Program-made: the position numbers and the translations under genes
Assembly: GCF_004010195.1 (NCBI RefSeq)
Contig: NC_057760.1
Coordinates: 4,262,446-4,326,232 of the forward strand
Direction: 5' to 3'
Source of the DNA: Chiloscyllium plagiosum
Lineage: Eukaryota
Length of the DNA: 63,787 nucleotides
Notes under the pieces: generated by a model
The model's database searches: none
What the model was told of the DNA's origin: nothing
Seen by the model: only the letters and a program-made list of their open reading frames with translations
Shown here: positions 50,405 to 63,340 of the stretch, piece by piece
Numbering within the stretch: position 1 is the first letter of the stretch
Layout: every line of letters begins with the position of its first letter

Positions 50405-53400
50405 GTGTCATAGAGTCCTACAGCATGGTGACAGGACTTTAGCACAACTGGTCCATGCCGACCAAAATGTCCATCCACACCAATGTCATTGCCCTGCACT
50501 TCACCCATATTATTCTCAACCTTACCTATCCATGTATTTGTCCAAATGCCTTTTACACGTTGTTAATATACCTGCCTCAACCACTTCTGTTGGCTGCTCA
50601 TTCCATATGCATACCACCCTCTGTGTAAAAATGTTGCCCCTCAAGTTCCCTTTTTATTCTTTCCCCTCTAACCTTAAACTGATGTCCTCTAGTCCTCAAT
50701 TCCTCAATTCTGGGAAAAAGACAGTGCATTCACCTTAACCATGCCTCTCATGATATTATGCATCTCTGAAAGGTCCCCGTTCAGTCTCTTATGGTCTGAA
50801 GAAATAAGTCCTGGCTTGTCCAACCTCTCCCTATAACTCAGACACTTGAGTCCTGGCAACACCCTTGTAAATTTCTTCTGAATTCTTTCCAGTTTAATTC
50901 CATCCTTCATATAGCAAGGTGACCAAAACTGAACACAATACTCCAAGTGCGGCCTCACCAACGTCTGTACAAATGCAATATAACACAATAGCACATAATA
51001 GCACAAAGCCATGCTAACTACTCCTAATCAAACACTGCCTTTCCAAATGTATGTATATCTTATCTCTCAATCTTCTCAAGTAACCTACGCACCACAGATG
51101 TTAGACTTACTGGTCTATATTTCCCAGGCTTTTCTTGCAGCCCTTCTTGAACAAGGGCACAACATTCACTACCCTCCAGCATTCTGGGACCTCACCCGAG
51201 GCTAACGATGATGCAAAAATATCAGCCAGAAACTGGCAATTTTTTTCTCTAGCGTCTTGCAGTGATCTTGAATATATCTGATCAGGACCAAGAGATTTAT
51301 CCACCTTTATACATTCTAATACATCCAACACCTCCTCTACTGTGATATGGACTGTCCCCAAGATATCACCACGAACTTCCCCAAGTTCCCAATCTTCATG
51401 TCTTTCTCCATGATAAACCAAGGAAAAATATTCATTGAGGACCTCGCCCATTTCCTGTGGTTCCACATATACATCGCCACTTTGGTCCTTGAAGGACTCT
51501 ATTCTCTCTCTAGTTTTCTTTTTCCTTTAATATACTGAAAGAACATCTTTGGGATTCACCCTAATTTTCTCAGCCAAGGCTATCTTGTGTCTCCTTTTTG
51601 CCTTCCTAATTTCCTTTGTCAGTAAACCCCAGCATTCCCTATATAATTCCAGGGATTTCCATGATCCCAGCTGCCTGTAAATGAGCGATAACTTCTTCTG
51701 TTTTCTGGTCAAAGCCTCCATATCTCTTGTCATCCAGGGCTCCCTATTCCTGCCAACTTTGTTCTTCATCCTCACAGGAACATGTAGACCGTGAACTCTA
51801 GTTATCTTACTTTTAAAGGCCTCCCACTTGCCAGAGGTCCCTTTACCTGCAAACAAATTACTCCAATCAATCTCTGCAAGCTCCTGTCTAATTCCATTAA
51901 AATTCTCCTTGCCCCAGTTTTGGACTTGAACCTGTAGACCAGTTTTGTCCCTCTTCATAACTATTTTAAAAATTAATAGAATTATGGCGACTGGGCCCAC
52001 AGTGCTCCCCACTGTCACCTCTGTCACCTGTCCTGCCCTATTTCCCAAGAGTAGTTCAGGTTTTGCCCCTTCCCAAACAGGACCCCGCTGAGGAAACTTT
52101 CCTGAATGCACTTAACAAATTCCACCCCATCTAAGTCCTTAATACTCTGGCAGTCTCTGTCTATGTGAAAAAAATTAAAATCCCCTACTATGACAACCCT
52201 GTTGCTCCTGTAAGTCTTCCCAATCTCCCTGCATAGTAGTTCCTCTAATTCCCATTGACTATTTGGGACTATCTAGTACAACCCCAATAACATCACCATC
52301 GCCTTCTTATTTCTTAGCTCCACCCACAAAGCCTCACTGGATGATTCTTCAGTTATTTCATCTTTGACTACTACTGTGATACTCGCCTTAATCAAAAATG
52401 CAACTCCCCCACCTCTCCTTCCACCACCTCTGTCCCGCATAAAGCACCTATACCCTGGCACATTAAGCTGCCAGTCCTGTCCCTCTCTGAGCCATGTTTT
52501 GTGGTAGCTTTAATGTCCCAACCCAATGTACCTATCCACTCCCTGAGTTCACCGGCCTTACCTGTAAGCCTCTTTGCATTGAAATAAATGCATTTTGATC
52601 CAAAAGGCATTCCTTGTTCCATCCTGACCTGTCTCTTCAACTTACTATTTCTGATTACTGTATCCCCTTCCAGTCTCACATCTATCTCCCTGCTTTTGAG
52701 GATCCCAACCCCCTGCCAATCTAATTTAAACCCTCCCTTGCAACACTAGCAAATCTGGCCGCCATGATATTGATCCCCTTCTATTTCAGGTGCAACCCAT
52801 CCTTCCTAAACAGTTCACCTCTGCCCCAAATAAAATCCCAATGATCTAAAAATGTGAATCGCTGCCCCCTGCACCAATTCTTTAGCCAGGTATTCATCCA
52901 CCATATCCTCCCATTCTTACCCTCACTAGCACATGGCATTGGAAGCAATCTGGAGATTATCACTGATAAGATGCTGGTTTTTAACTTTATTCCAAGCTCT
53001 CTACAATCACTCTGCAGGACCTCATCCCTATTTCTACCTATGTCATTTGTGACAACGTGCACAATGATTTCTGGCCTCTCCGTGTCCGCCTTGAGAACAT
53101 GATGCAGCTGCTCAGAGACATCCTGGACCCTAGCACCTGGCAGGCAACACAACATCCTGGATTCCTGTTTGATGCCACAAAATCTCATATTTGTCCCCCA
53201 AACTATGGAGTCTCCTATCACTGTGGTGCTGTTTACCTTTATCCTTTTCCACTGTGCTCCAGAGCCAGTCGTAGTGCCACCAACGTGGCTACTGCTGCTT
53301 TCCCCTGAATGGTCATCCCTTCCATCAGTATCCAAAACAGTATACTTGTTTTTGAGGGGAATGGCCACAGGGGATTCCTGCACTCTCTACCTACTCCCTC

Positions 53401-53760
53401 TGCCTTTCCTGGTGGTCACCCAGCTACTCTTTGCCTGCACTTTAGGTGTGACCATTTCATTACAACTCTTATCTATGAAGTGCTCAATATCTTGGATGAT
53501 CCTGAGACCATCCAGCTCCAGCGCCCTAACACGGTCTCCTAGGAGCTGCAGCTGGATGCACTTCCCACACGTGTAGTCATCAGAGAAAATGGAAGTCCCC
53601 CTGAGCTCCCAGATCTTGCAAGAGGAACATGTGACTGTCCTAACTGACATCTTAATTGCTGTAAGACTAAAGAGGAAAGTTAAATGGACTTTATCTGAGC
53701 TTACCTGTACTTTTTGCTGATCTGCTGCTGTCTGAAGCCTCTCAAGCCAAAGCCTTCCTT
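50405..53760 (-). mobile_element. Near full-length CR1 LINE with ORF1 (Cys motif + SGNH/GDSL esterase) and internally deleted ORF2
   Basis: ORF1 MSVRTVTCSSC...YTCGKCIQLQLL, VIGDSIV, CCLPGARV, HVVTNDIG, DGLH. ORF2 endonuclease and C-terminus present; the RT core is largely missing near 51010. Confidence 0.88.
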
Positions 53761-55118
53761 CTTACTCTGCTACCAACAAACTTTGCAATAGCACATCTCT
53801 CTGTCCCTCCACTTTTTTTTTTAATTAGAGGAGGAGAAAAGGAGGGAGATTGAAAGATTTCCAACTCTTTATGTTTCCATTCAGGATTGGTGACCCTCTT
53901 TCTGACTGTTCGGCACTGGGTGGGTGAAATGGATGGTTGAATATATATTTATGAACTTACTTGCAGGTTCACTTCCTAATAATAATAGCCATCATCCATT
54001 TATTGCTCCAAACCTTTCGAGTGTTAGCTGGAGCAATAAACATTCAGGCCCCAATCTTCTCTCAAATGTGAGAACTCACCATTGGTACCTGGAATTTCTT
54101 TGTTATCCTGTCACCATTTATTTATTCCTGACCAAGTAGGAATGGTGATTAGGCAGACTATTCATCTGCTCAATGTCGCCCATAAATGCTCAGTGCTGTT
54201 TCCACTTTAGAACATTTCCTTTACCTCATCATCCCCAAACAGTGCCCTTGTTACCAGCTTAGTGCTTCACTTAATGTAATTATCTTCTAATGCAGATAAA
54301 ATTCAGATAATCTAAGTAAAGCATCAGACAGCAATCATCATACTGTAACAACTACACCCCCCCAACACAGGAAAAACTGAAGGATCAACATAAACTTCCA
54401 GCAGAATGTTTGATATGTTGTTCAACAATGAGTTGTACTACACCTTACTCTCGAATACAAACACAAGGTAGAAATTAAGACCAGGAATAGGCCATTCAGC
54501 CCTTCAAGTGTGCTTTACCATTAATACAGTCCCCTGTTCCTGCTTTCTCCCCATTACCTTTGATCTTTAGCCTCTCCTTGAAAACATTCAATGTTTTGGT
54601 CTCAACCACTTCTGAGCAGTGATTTCCACAGGCTCACCACTCTCTGGGTTTCAGTCCTAAATGGCCTATTCATTATTCTTACACTGTGACCCTGGTTCTG
54701 GATTAGAACAAGAACAAAGAACCTTACATGTGCGAGAACAGGCCCTTCGACCGTCTAAGCCCGCACTGATCCAGATCTTCTATCTAAACTTGCCACCTAT
54801 TTTCTGAGGATCTATATCCCTTTGCTCCCTGCCCATTCATATAACTATCTAGATACATCTTAAATGATGCCATTGTTCCCACCCCTACTTCCTCCACTGG
54901 CAACACATTCCAGGCACCCACCACCCTCTGCGTGAAGAACTTTCCACGTATATCTGCCGTAAACCTTTCCCCTCTCACTTTGAACTCGTGAACTCTGGTA
55001 ATTGAGTGCTCCACTCCTGGAAAAAAGTTTCTTGCTATCCACCCTGTCTATACCTCTCATGATTTTGTAGGCGTCAATCAGGTCTCCCCTCAACTTCCTT
55101 CTTTCCAATGAAAATAAT

Positions 55119-55645
55119 TTGAATTTGTGAATTTGTACTTGCAGAGTTACATTGCACTTTGCTCAAAAACTGCATACATTCATGTATAACTCTGAGCTCA
55201 AAAACTGCATGAATTTATGTAAAACTCTGTTATCTCACTTTTTAGATTAGAATCAATCTAAACATCAGGTCATAGACAGAGAACACAGGGGGCTAACACC
55301 TTCAACATATTGTCTAGCTATCACCATTGTTAACAGCTAACCTGAGAATGCAACTTTAAAAAGAAAGGGTTTTGTGATTTACACATGAAAGAAGTGAAAC
55401 TATCACTGTCTTCTAACAGGTGAAAGGCTTAACAGACAATCAATTTTTCAATGTATAATTTCAGTTACATCACACTGCAAATTTTTGCTATAAATTCTGT
55501 GTTACGATCGAGCCCTCCACAACCACCTGATGAAGGAGCGTCGCTCCGAAAGCTAGTGCTTCCAATTAAACCTGTTGGACTATAACCTGGTGTTGTGTGA
55601 TTTTTAACTTTGTACACCCCAGTCCAACACCGGCATCTCCAAATC
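55119..55645 (+). mobile_element. Penelope terminal-repeat insertion with 11-bp TSD
   Basis: Similar to 44270-44775; TSD atgaaaataat at 55108-55118 and 55646-55656. Confidence 0.8.
55522..55558 (+). ncRNA. Minimal hammerhead ribozyme motif in a Penelope terminal repeat
   Basis: CUGAUGA - A GGAGC(guc)GCUCC - GAAA GC UA, flanked by CAC and GUG. Confidence 0.6.
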
Positions 55646-58600
55646 ATGAAAATAATCCTAATCTACTCAACTTCCCTCATACCAGGCAACATCCCGATGA
55701 ACCTCCTCTGTACCCTTTTGGTAATGTGGTGACCAGGACTGTACGCAGTATTCCAAATGTGGCCAAACCAAAGTACTATACAACTGTAACACGACCTGCC
55801 AACTCTAGTACTCAATAATCCGTCCTATGAAGGAAAGCATGCCATATACCTTCTTGACCACTGTACTGACCTGCGTTGCCACCTTCAGGGAACAATGGAT
55901 CTGAACACCCAGATTTCTCTGTATCAAATTTCCCCAGGACTTTTCCATTTACTGTATAGTTCGCTCTTGAATTGCATCTTCCAAAATGTATCGCCGTGCA
56001 TTTGTCCGGATTGAACTCCATTTGCCATTTCACTGCCCAACTCTTCAATCCAACTATATTCTGCTGTATTATCTGACAGTCCCTTTCACCATCTGCTACT
56101 CCAACAATCTTAATGTCATCTGCAACCTTCTAATGAGGTAATCTACACCTTTCTCCAAATCATTTACGTATATCACAAACAACAATGATCCCAACACAGA
56201 TCCCTGTGGGACACCACTGGTAACAGGTCTCCATTTTGAGAAGCTCCCTTCCACTACTGCTCTCTGTCTCCTGTTGCTCAATCAGTTCTCTATCCATCTA
56301 GCCAGAACACCCTGGACCCCATGCGACTTCACCTTCTTCATCAGCCCACTATGGAGAACCTTATCAAATGTCTTAGTAAAGTCCATGTATATGACATCTA
56401 CATTCCTCATCGATCAACTTTGTCACCTCTTCAAAGATTTCTATTAGATTTGTAAGACATGACCTTCCCTGCACAAAACCGTGCTGCCTATCACTGATAA
56501 CTCATTTTCTTCCAAATGGGTATATAATCCTATCTCTTAGTATCTTCTCCAGTAGCTTCCCTACCACTGACGCAGGCTCACAGATCTGTAATTACCTGGA
56601 TTATCCCTGCTACCTTTCTTAAACAAGGGGACAATATTAGCAATTTTCCAGTCCACCGGGACCTTCCCCGTGTTCAAGGATGTTGCAAAGGTATCTGTTA
56701 AAGACCTAGCTATTTCCTCTCTCACTTCCCTCAGTAACCTGGGATAGATCCCATCTGGACCTGGGGACTTATCCACCTAATGCCTTTTAGAATACCCAAG
56801 ACATCCCCCCCTCCTTATGCCAACATGACCTAGAGTAATCAAACGTCCATCTGTAACCTCAACATCCATCATATCCCTCTCCTTGGTGAATACCGATGCA
56901 AAGTACTCATTAAGAATCTCTGACTCCACACATAACTTTCCTCCTTCGTCCTTGAGTGGGCCAACCCTTTCTCTAGTTACCCTCTTGCTCCTTATATATG
57001 AATAAAAGGCTTTGGGGTTTTCCTTAACCCTGTTTGCTCAGGATATCACATGACCTCTTTTAGTCCTCTTAATTCCTTGTTTCAAATTGATGCTACATTC
57101 CCAATATTTTTTCAAAGATTCATCTATCTTCAGTCACCTCGACCTTATGTACACATCCTTTTTGCTCTTAGCTAGTCTCACAATTTCAACTGTCATCATG
57201 GTTCCTTAATCTTGCCATTTCTATCCCTCATTTTCACAGGAACATATCTCTCCTGGACTCTAATCAACCTCTTTCTAAAAGCCTCCCATGTATCAAATGT
57301 GGATTTACCTTCAAACAGCTGCTCCCAATCCACATTCCCAGCTCCTGCCGAATATTGGTATTGTTGGCCTTCCCCCAGTTTAGCTCTTCCTTTAGGATAC
57401 CCTCGTCTCTGTCCATGAGTATCCTAAAACTTACAGAATTGTGATCACTATTCCCAAAGTAATCCCTTACTAAAATGTCAACCACCTGCCAGGCTCATTC
57501 CCCAACAGCAGATCCAGTATGGCCCCTTCCTGAGTTGGACTATTTACGTACTGCTCTAGAACACCCTCCTGGATGCTCCTTACAAATTCTGCTCCATCCA
57601 GACTCTAACACTAAGTGAATTCCAGTCAATGTTGGGAAAATTAAAATCTCCTATATCACCACCCTGTTGCTCCTACATCTTTCTATGGTCTCTCTACATA
57701 TTTGTACCTCTATCTCACATTGTTACTGCACTCTTCCTACTTCTGAGCTCTGCCCATATTGCCTCACTGCTTGAGTCCCCCATAGTACCCTCCTTCAGCA
57801 CAGCTGTGATATCCTCTCTGACAAGTAATGCAACTCCTCCACCCATTTTACCTCCCTCCCTATCCCTCTCTATCATTGGGAACAGCCTTTTTGCATTTAT
57901 CCTGTACAGTCCTTTTAGAATTCTATCGGTTTCAATTAGGTCCTTTTCATTCTTTTAAACTCCAATGAATATAGCTCTAACTCGATCTAGTCTCTCTCCA
58001 TACGTTACTTCACCCCAGGAATCAGTCTTATTACACTCCTTCAATAACCAGAGCATCCTTCCTCAGATGAGGAGGCCAAAACTGCTCACAATATTCTAGG
58101 TTTGGTCTCAACAAGGCTCTGTGTAATTGCAGCAGGATATTCCTGCTCCTTGAATCATATCCTCTTGCTATGAAGGCCAAAATCTAATTTGCAGTTGTAC
58201 CTGCACACTTCCTTTCAGCAACGAGTGTATCGAGAGACCCAAGTATCATCACACCTCCCCCATCCCACTCTACTGCCATTCAAATAATAATGCACCTTCC
58301 AAGCCCTGATTCCTGCAGCATCCCAATAGTCATTGCCTTCCACTCAGAAATGAGCTTTTTACTCTTGTTCTTTGTTTCCTATCTAACACTATCCCCAATC
58401 TCATGTGCTTTAACTCAGAGACTTCTCTGCACCATTGCACCTGGCATTTCCTTCTGTTCTGTTTGTCTGTTTCCTTCTTCAGGCCAATTATTCTATTGTT
58501 AGCACTTCATTGGATTGACAGCAATCATCGAACAGCATTGGCATAACTCCAAGTTTTCTTTCACATTCTGCAAATGGCTTTGTGCCAACAAACCATTTAG

Positions 58601-59713
58601 TCTAGTCTCGCTTCAATCTGCTGATGGCTGAGTACGTTTATAAGGTGATGTATTTCTTAATCCTCCCAAGAGTCTGCCACAAAATCAAAGCTGAAATCAG
58701 CTTCTAGTTTGGAAAGGTTTACCTCAGAATACAACTAACCATTAACCATGCACAACTCTAACAACTGAACTTTCACTGATGAACACAGCAATTGGCCAAG
58801 TCCTTAGATCTTATCTGTATTGAAACAGGCTTTTGTTTTACAACATGGAAAGAGTTTGAGCCATTTTATTCTTTAAATCATTGGGGATTGGCAGGAGACA
58901 GCTGTTCTCTGGATGAAGAAAGTTGTTCAAATTTCAAAACAGCAAGCACAGACATTCCCCCCTCACTCCCTTCCTAAGGTACAGGCTAATTCATTTGGAT
59001 ATATGCATCTGCAGCTGTCAGTACCACAACCATGTGGCCATGCTTCAGAACTTTGCTCAGCCAGTCACTCCTCAACAATGGGTAGCATTTCAGCATCACC
59101 ACAAGTTCACAGGCAACAAGTGCCTTGGGTTGTGACTGGGAACAAGGAAAGCTGGCTGAAGATTTCATTCAACACCAGGGAAACTGAGGGCAATTAGAGC
59201 TCCTTTTCTTTTCCATGTGTCTGGGAACTGTTTGTATCCTGAGCCTCAAAACCAGGTCATCAAACACTTTATGCCCCAATCTCTGGAATTCCTTTATTTA
59301 ATTTCTATATATTTGAACTGCGCTCTCCTCCTTTCAAGCTCTCTATGACAACCTCTCCCAATGCTAATGAGTCTCAAACAGTGGATCACCTAAACAATGA
59401 GTGGGATTGCAGAAAATGAAATCACATTTACCTCACAGCATGCAATATAATTGTCAGGCTTAATAAAGGCATGTTCACAACTAATCAAAGACAGTGCAGG
59501 AAATCCTTACTCTTTACCCTAGGACTTCTACATGGTGCAATATGTGTGATTTCAGCTGAAGCAGTGGCAGCCTCAATGGAAGTCCCTTCAGTTACTTCAT
59601 TTCTGATTACTGCAGTGATACTGGTCTTAATCAAAAAATGCAATTCCCCCTCCCCTCTTTCCACCACCTCTGTCCCACCTAAAGCACCTGCACCGTGATA
59701 CCTTACATCCTTC

Positions 59714-59810
59714 ATGGTAACCTCAGCCAGTGATGGGAATTAGCCCCACAGTGTTGGCATCACACTGCTTCACAAATCAATTGTCCAGCCAACTGAGCTA
59801 CACCAACCCC
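59714..59810 (-). mobile_element. tRNA-derived SINE head (not HE1-type)
   Basis: Minus strand ggggttggtgTAGCTCAGTTGG (A box) followed by a decayed B box. Confidence 0.55.
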
Positions 59811-60122
59811 ACATGAATGCACATGGCAATGAGCATGTTTCATCCTGATTCTTAGATCTTCCAAAAATTGTGTTCTTAAAGCAACACAGTTGTTAAAGCA
59901 AGAACAAATCATCTCCCACTCCAATTCCCAATGCATCATGAATTAAAAATCCAGCTTTAGGTAACTAGGAGACACCCTCCAATCCAACTTCCTGGCCTCC
60001 CAACCTCAGCACCTTATAAACGATACAGTTGGACAGTGATCTTCATGGGGTAAATCATTGGCTAATGTTCTTCTCCTTCCCACTCACATATTATGGTCTT
60101 TCCGCACATCATCATGTTTTAC

Positions 60123-60253
60123 CTTTGTCACAGAGGATGCCACCCCAGTTAGTCTCACAGTCACACTGCCAGGGTTCAGAGCATGTTCCATGAATGCAGC
60201 CTGGGAATGGAATGCACATGCTGCAAAGGACCCCTTGCCAACCATAGTGACAC
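60123..60253 (-). CDS. Jagged-like Notch ligand, exon A (end of EGF1 + EGF2; JAG1 exon 6 equivalent)
   Basis: ctgcag|G TGT CAC TAT... translates [43 protein letters not shown], then G|gtaaaa. 131 nt, phase 2-1. Closely resembles JAG1 [43 protein letters not shown]. Confidence 0.93.
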
Positions 60254-60898
60254 CTGCAGAACCAGAGGAGCTACGTGTCAGAAAATATCTTTCTGTCCAC
60301 AGGGGAGGCAACATAACAAAATATGAGCCATCAGAAAAGCAACTTGTTATAATTTTTTTCCAGGACACAATAAGATAACATTTCAACAATTACATGAATT
60401 GGTTGGGTTCCACAATGACTTACCACCTCCAGATTCAAATCCCACATTGACCAATGGGATGACATGTTTCATTCTGTTAATTGAAAAGGTTTCACTTGAA
60501 ATGAGTTTAAGGAATTGTTATCACCATTAAAGGGTCACTCTATTCAGTGCAGGGATTAGCCTGTAAGCATGCTCCTCTGAACCTTTCTAATATATCTGTA
60601 AGTGCATTAAGATCAAGCAGTTTAGCAACTTACTCTAACTCATTGTTCTCTAAGAACCTCAGCAAAGTAGAACTCACCTGAACATCATCTGGTGGACCTT
60701 CTATAAAAGGAGATCTGCCCGGTCATTTAATGGATTACCTCATTTCATATTCATTCTAATATTGCTCAACATTTTGAAAGGCAGTAAATGGATTTGGCTA
60801 ATAGACTTGTAAAAATCTGATAAAATAGTGAAAATGGATTGAGGACAGAATGATCTGGCCTTGATCCTACTGTTGGAGAGCAGAGGTCGACATGCCTC

Positions 60899-61821
60899 TG
60901 ATAATTAAAACCGAAACACCCAGAGAAGGTCACCTCGCCTCATAATCTGATAAAAATGTGTGACAAGGGTATAACCTATCTGTCAATCCCAAACCTGTTA
61001 TAAAGGAGTGGTTAAATGAAATGAAATTCTTTCACTCACTCTACAATTAACAAATCATTTATTTATCTAATTCTAACAATGAACAAATTAACAGAATTCC
61101 TAACCAACTGAACAGTTATTCCCTAATTTACTGCCTATTCCCTTACTGCATTAAATTCTATTGGTATGCTCTTTCAATACATAGCTCCCATTTATTTAAA
61201 TCCAGACAATAAGAACAACGAGTAAAAGTCTCTCAAAGTTCACAAGAATGGACCCTCTGGAATGTTCCACTGTCCTCTCCAGCTTCTCTCCTCTGTCTCT
61301 TCTGCTGCCTTCCTCGGTCTGATATGCCTTCTCATTTTGCCGAATTCTGGGGTCTGGAATATTACCTTTTATGAATACAGTAGATGGAAAGAAATTTTTT
61401 TTTTGGAAAGGGCGCAGAGATTTCGTGTGAGAGCCAGATTTGTATTTCTCTGATGGTGGATTTGCACTCATTTCTGATGGCAGTTCACTCTCTTAATTTT
61501 CAAATGCTGGCAGCTTTTATGCCCGTGTTTACATATCAATTTCTTTAAAATGAGGTTAGTTTGAAGTAGTCAAAACCAACAGATTTGAATTTAATTGGTC
61601 CTTTAGTCTCCAAGTGTCTTTTCAAATTAATTGGATGATATTACGCTGTTGTCTGGGTAAAAATGTTGATTGGATTTGCTAACTGAAAAGTCTTTGTTTC
61701 AATTTTGGGGCCCTCTGCGTGATGCTTGCAAACTTCCAAGCACAATCTCTTTCAAGGAACCACACACTGCTTTTCAATTCATTTTATAATTTTATCATAT
61801 TTACATACCAACTTTATGACA
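60899..61821. mobile_element. Possible solo LTR-like repeat
   Basis: TG...CA ends and composition similar to 9859-10490; no clean TSD. Confidence 0.3.
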
Positions 61822-61864
61822 CTGCACAAATAATTAAAAATAGCAATGCAAATTAATTTAAGAG

Positions 61865-62600
61865 CAGAAGAAAGAGGCAAGGGAATAGACCATTCAGCCC
61901 ATCCAACCTGCTCTAAGATTCAGTACAATGGTCGTTGATCTTTGTCTCAAATCCAGATTCCTGCTTACTCTCTATTTCCCTCATATCCCTGAGAAATCAA
62001 AATCTGTATCCCGAGCATTAAATATATTCAACAATGGAGCATCTTCAACATTTTAGGGTGGAAAACTTCAAAGACCACCAACCCTATGAATTTTTCCCGA
62101 GTCTAGTCTTAATAATTGAGCCATTATCCCTAATCCACACTCCAATGTTCTAAATTCCCAATCCAGTGCCTACCCTGTCAAATCCTGTCAGAATATTGCA
62201 TGTATGAAAGATCTGGGTTTCATTTAAAGAGGGATACAACTGAAAATTCAAGAAGTTACTTCCAGCTTGTGTTTGGTAATAGTCCTTCAAAATTTTGTAG
62301 ATTCTCGGACAGTCCAGTGGGTTGGAGGTTATTCAATGCTGCACCATTATTCAAGAAAGGAAGAAGATCCAAATGCAGGGAACTGTAGGCCAGTTAGCCT
62401 GTTGTAAGGCACAGGAAAATGCTGCAATCTATTCGTAAGGAAGCTGTAACAATTCACTGAAACTATCATTGCAATTAAGAAGGTAAATTACGTCTTGTCC
62501 TTCATTGGAAGGTGACTAGTGTGCAAAAATAAGAAAATCATGCTACAATTTTACAGTGCTTGGAGGACAATGCAAAGTTTTGGTTGGCAAGCTAAAGAAT
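61865..62600. mobile_element. Old CR1 fragments in both orientations
   Basis: Minus-strand 3' end at 61865-62200; plus-strand WRLFNAAPLFKKG. Confidence 0.55.
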
Positions 62601-62629
62601 GAACATACTTATATACGGGGGGGGGGCGC

Positions 62630-62968
62630 AGGTTGGCATGGTGGTTCAGTGGTTAGCACTGCTGGCTCACAGTGCCAGGAACCTGGGTTCAATTCCAGTC
62701 TCCGACGACTGTGTGGAGTTTGCATGTTCTCCCCGTGTCTGCATGGGTTTCCTCCAGGTGCTCTGGTTTTCTTCCACAATCCAAAGATGTGCAGGTCAGA
62801 TGAATTTACCATGCTAAATTGTCCATAGTGTTCAGGGATGTGTAGGTTCGGTGCATTAGTCAGGGTCTAGTAACAGGGTAGGGGAATGGGTTGAGTGGGT
62901 TACTCTTCAGAGGGTCGGTGTGGGCTTGTTGGGCCAAAGGACCTGTTTCCACACTGTAGGGATTTTAT
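62630..62968 (+). mobile_element. HE1-type SINE
   Basis: A box tggttcagtgg, B box ggttcaattcc, 3' gggccaaaggacctgtttcc. Confidence 0.85.
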
Positions 62969-63340
62969 GAGAACTCTATGAGTATCAGAAGCACAACAGT
63001 GACAGGTCACTAGTTGAACCTTGGGAAGAAAGAACTGTTCAATGATGAGAGATTGAGTCAATGGACTCTGAGGTTTACAAGTACAATAGTTGATCTCATT
63101 TAAACATAAATTATAATAAGAATAGAAAGGCACTGAAGAAGGCAAAACAAGTGGCAGGAATCAAACTAGAACTTAAACATTACATTTATATTATCAGACC
63201 TTTCTTGTCTGAAAATACAGTAGGCTGAGGTGTGATGTCATATAGGTCTTTAGAATTATGAAGAGGTTTGATAGCGTAGATGTAGTAAAGGTGCTTCACT
63301 TTTGGAGACCAGAAAACTAGGAGCTAGAAGAATTAAATTG

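Larger units (their letters stand above)
54470..58300 (-). mobile_element. Nested CR1 LINEs: a younger copy (about 54705-57870) inside an older 3' fragment
   Basis: [35 protein letters not shown]; two separate 3' ends. Confidence 0.82.

Noticed and set aside
52781..53383. GDSL/SGNH esterase host gene
   Set aside because: It is ORF1 of a CR1 LINE, directly upstream of ORF2.
60058..60389. ORFs on both strands listed in the track
   Set aside because: Wrong frames; the real coding frame is the EGF exon at 60123-60253.
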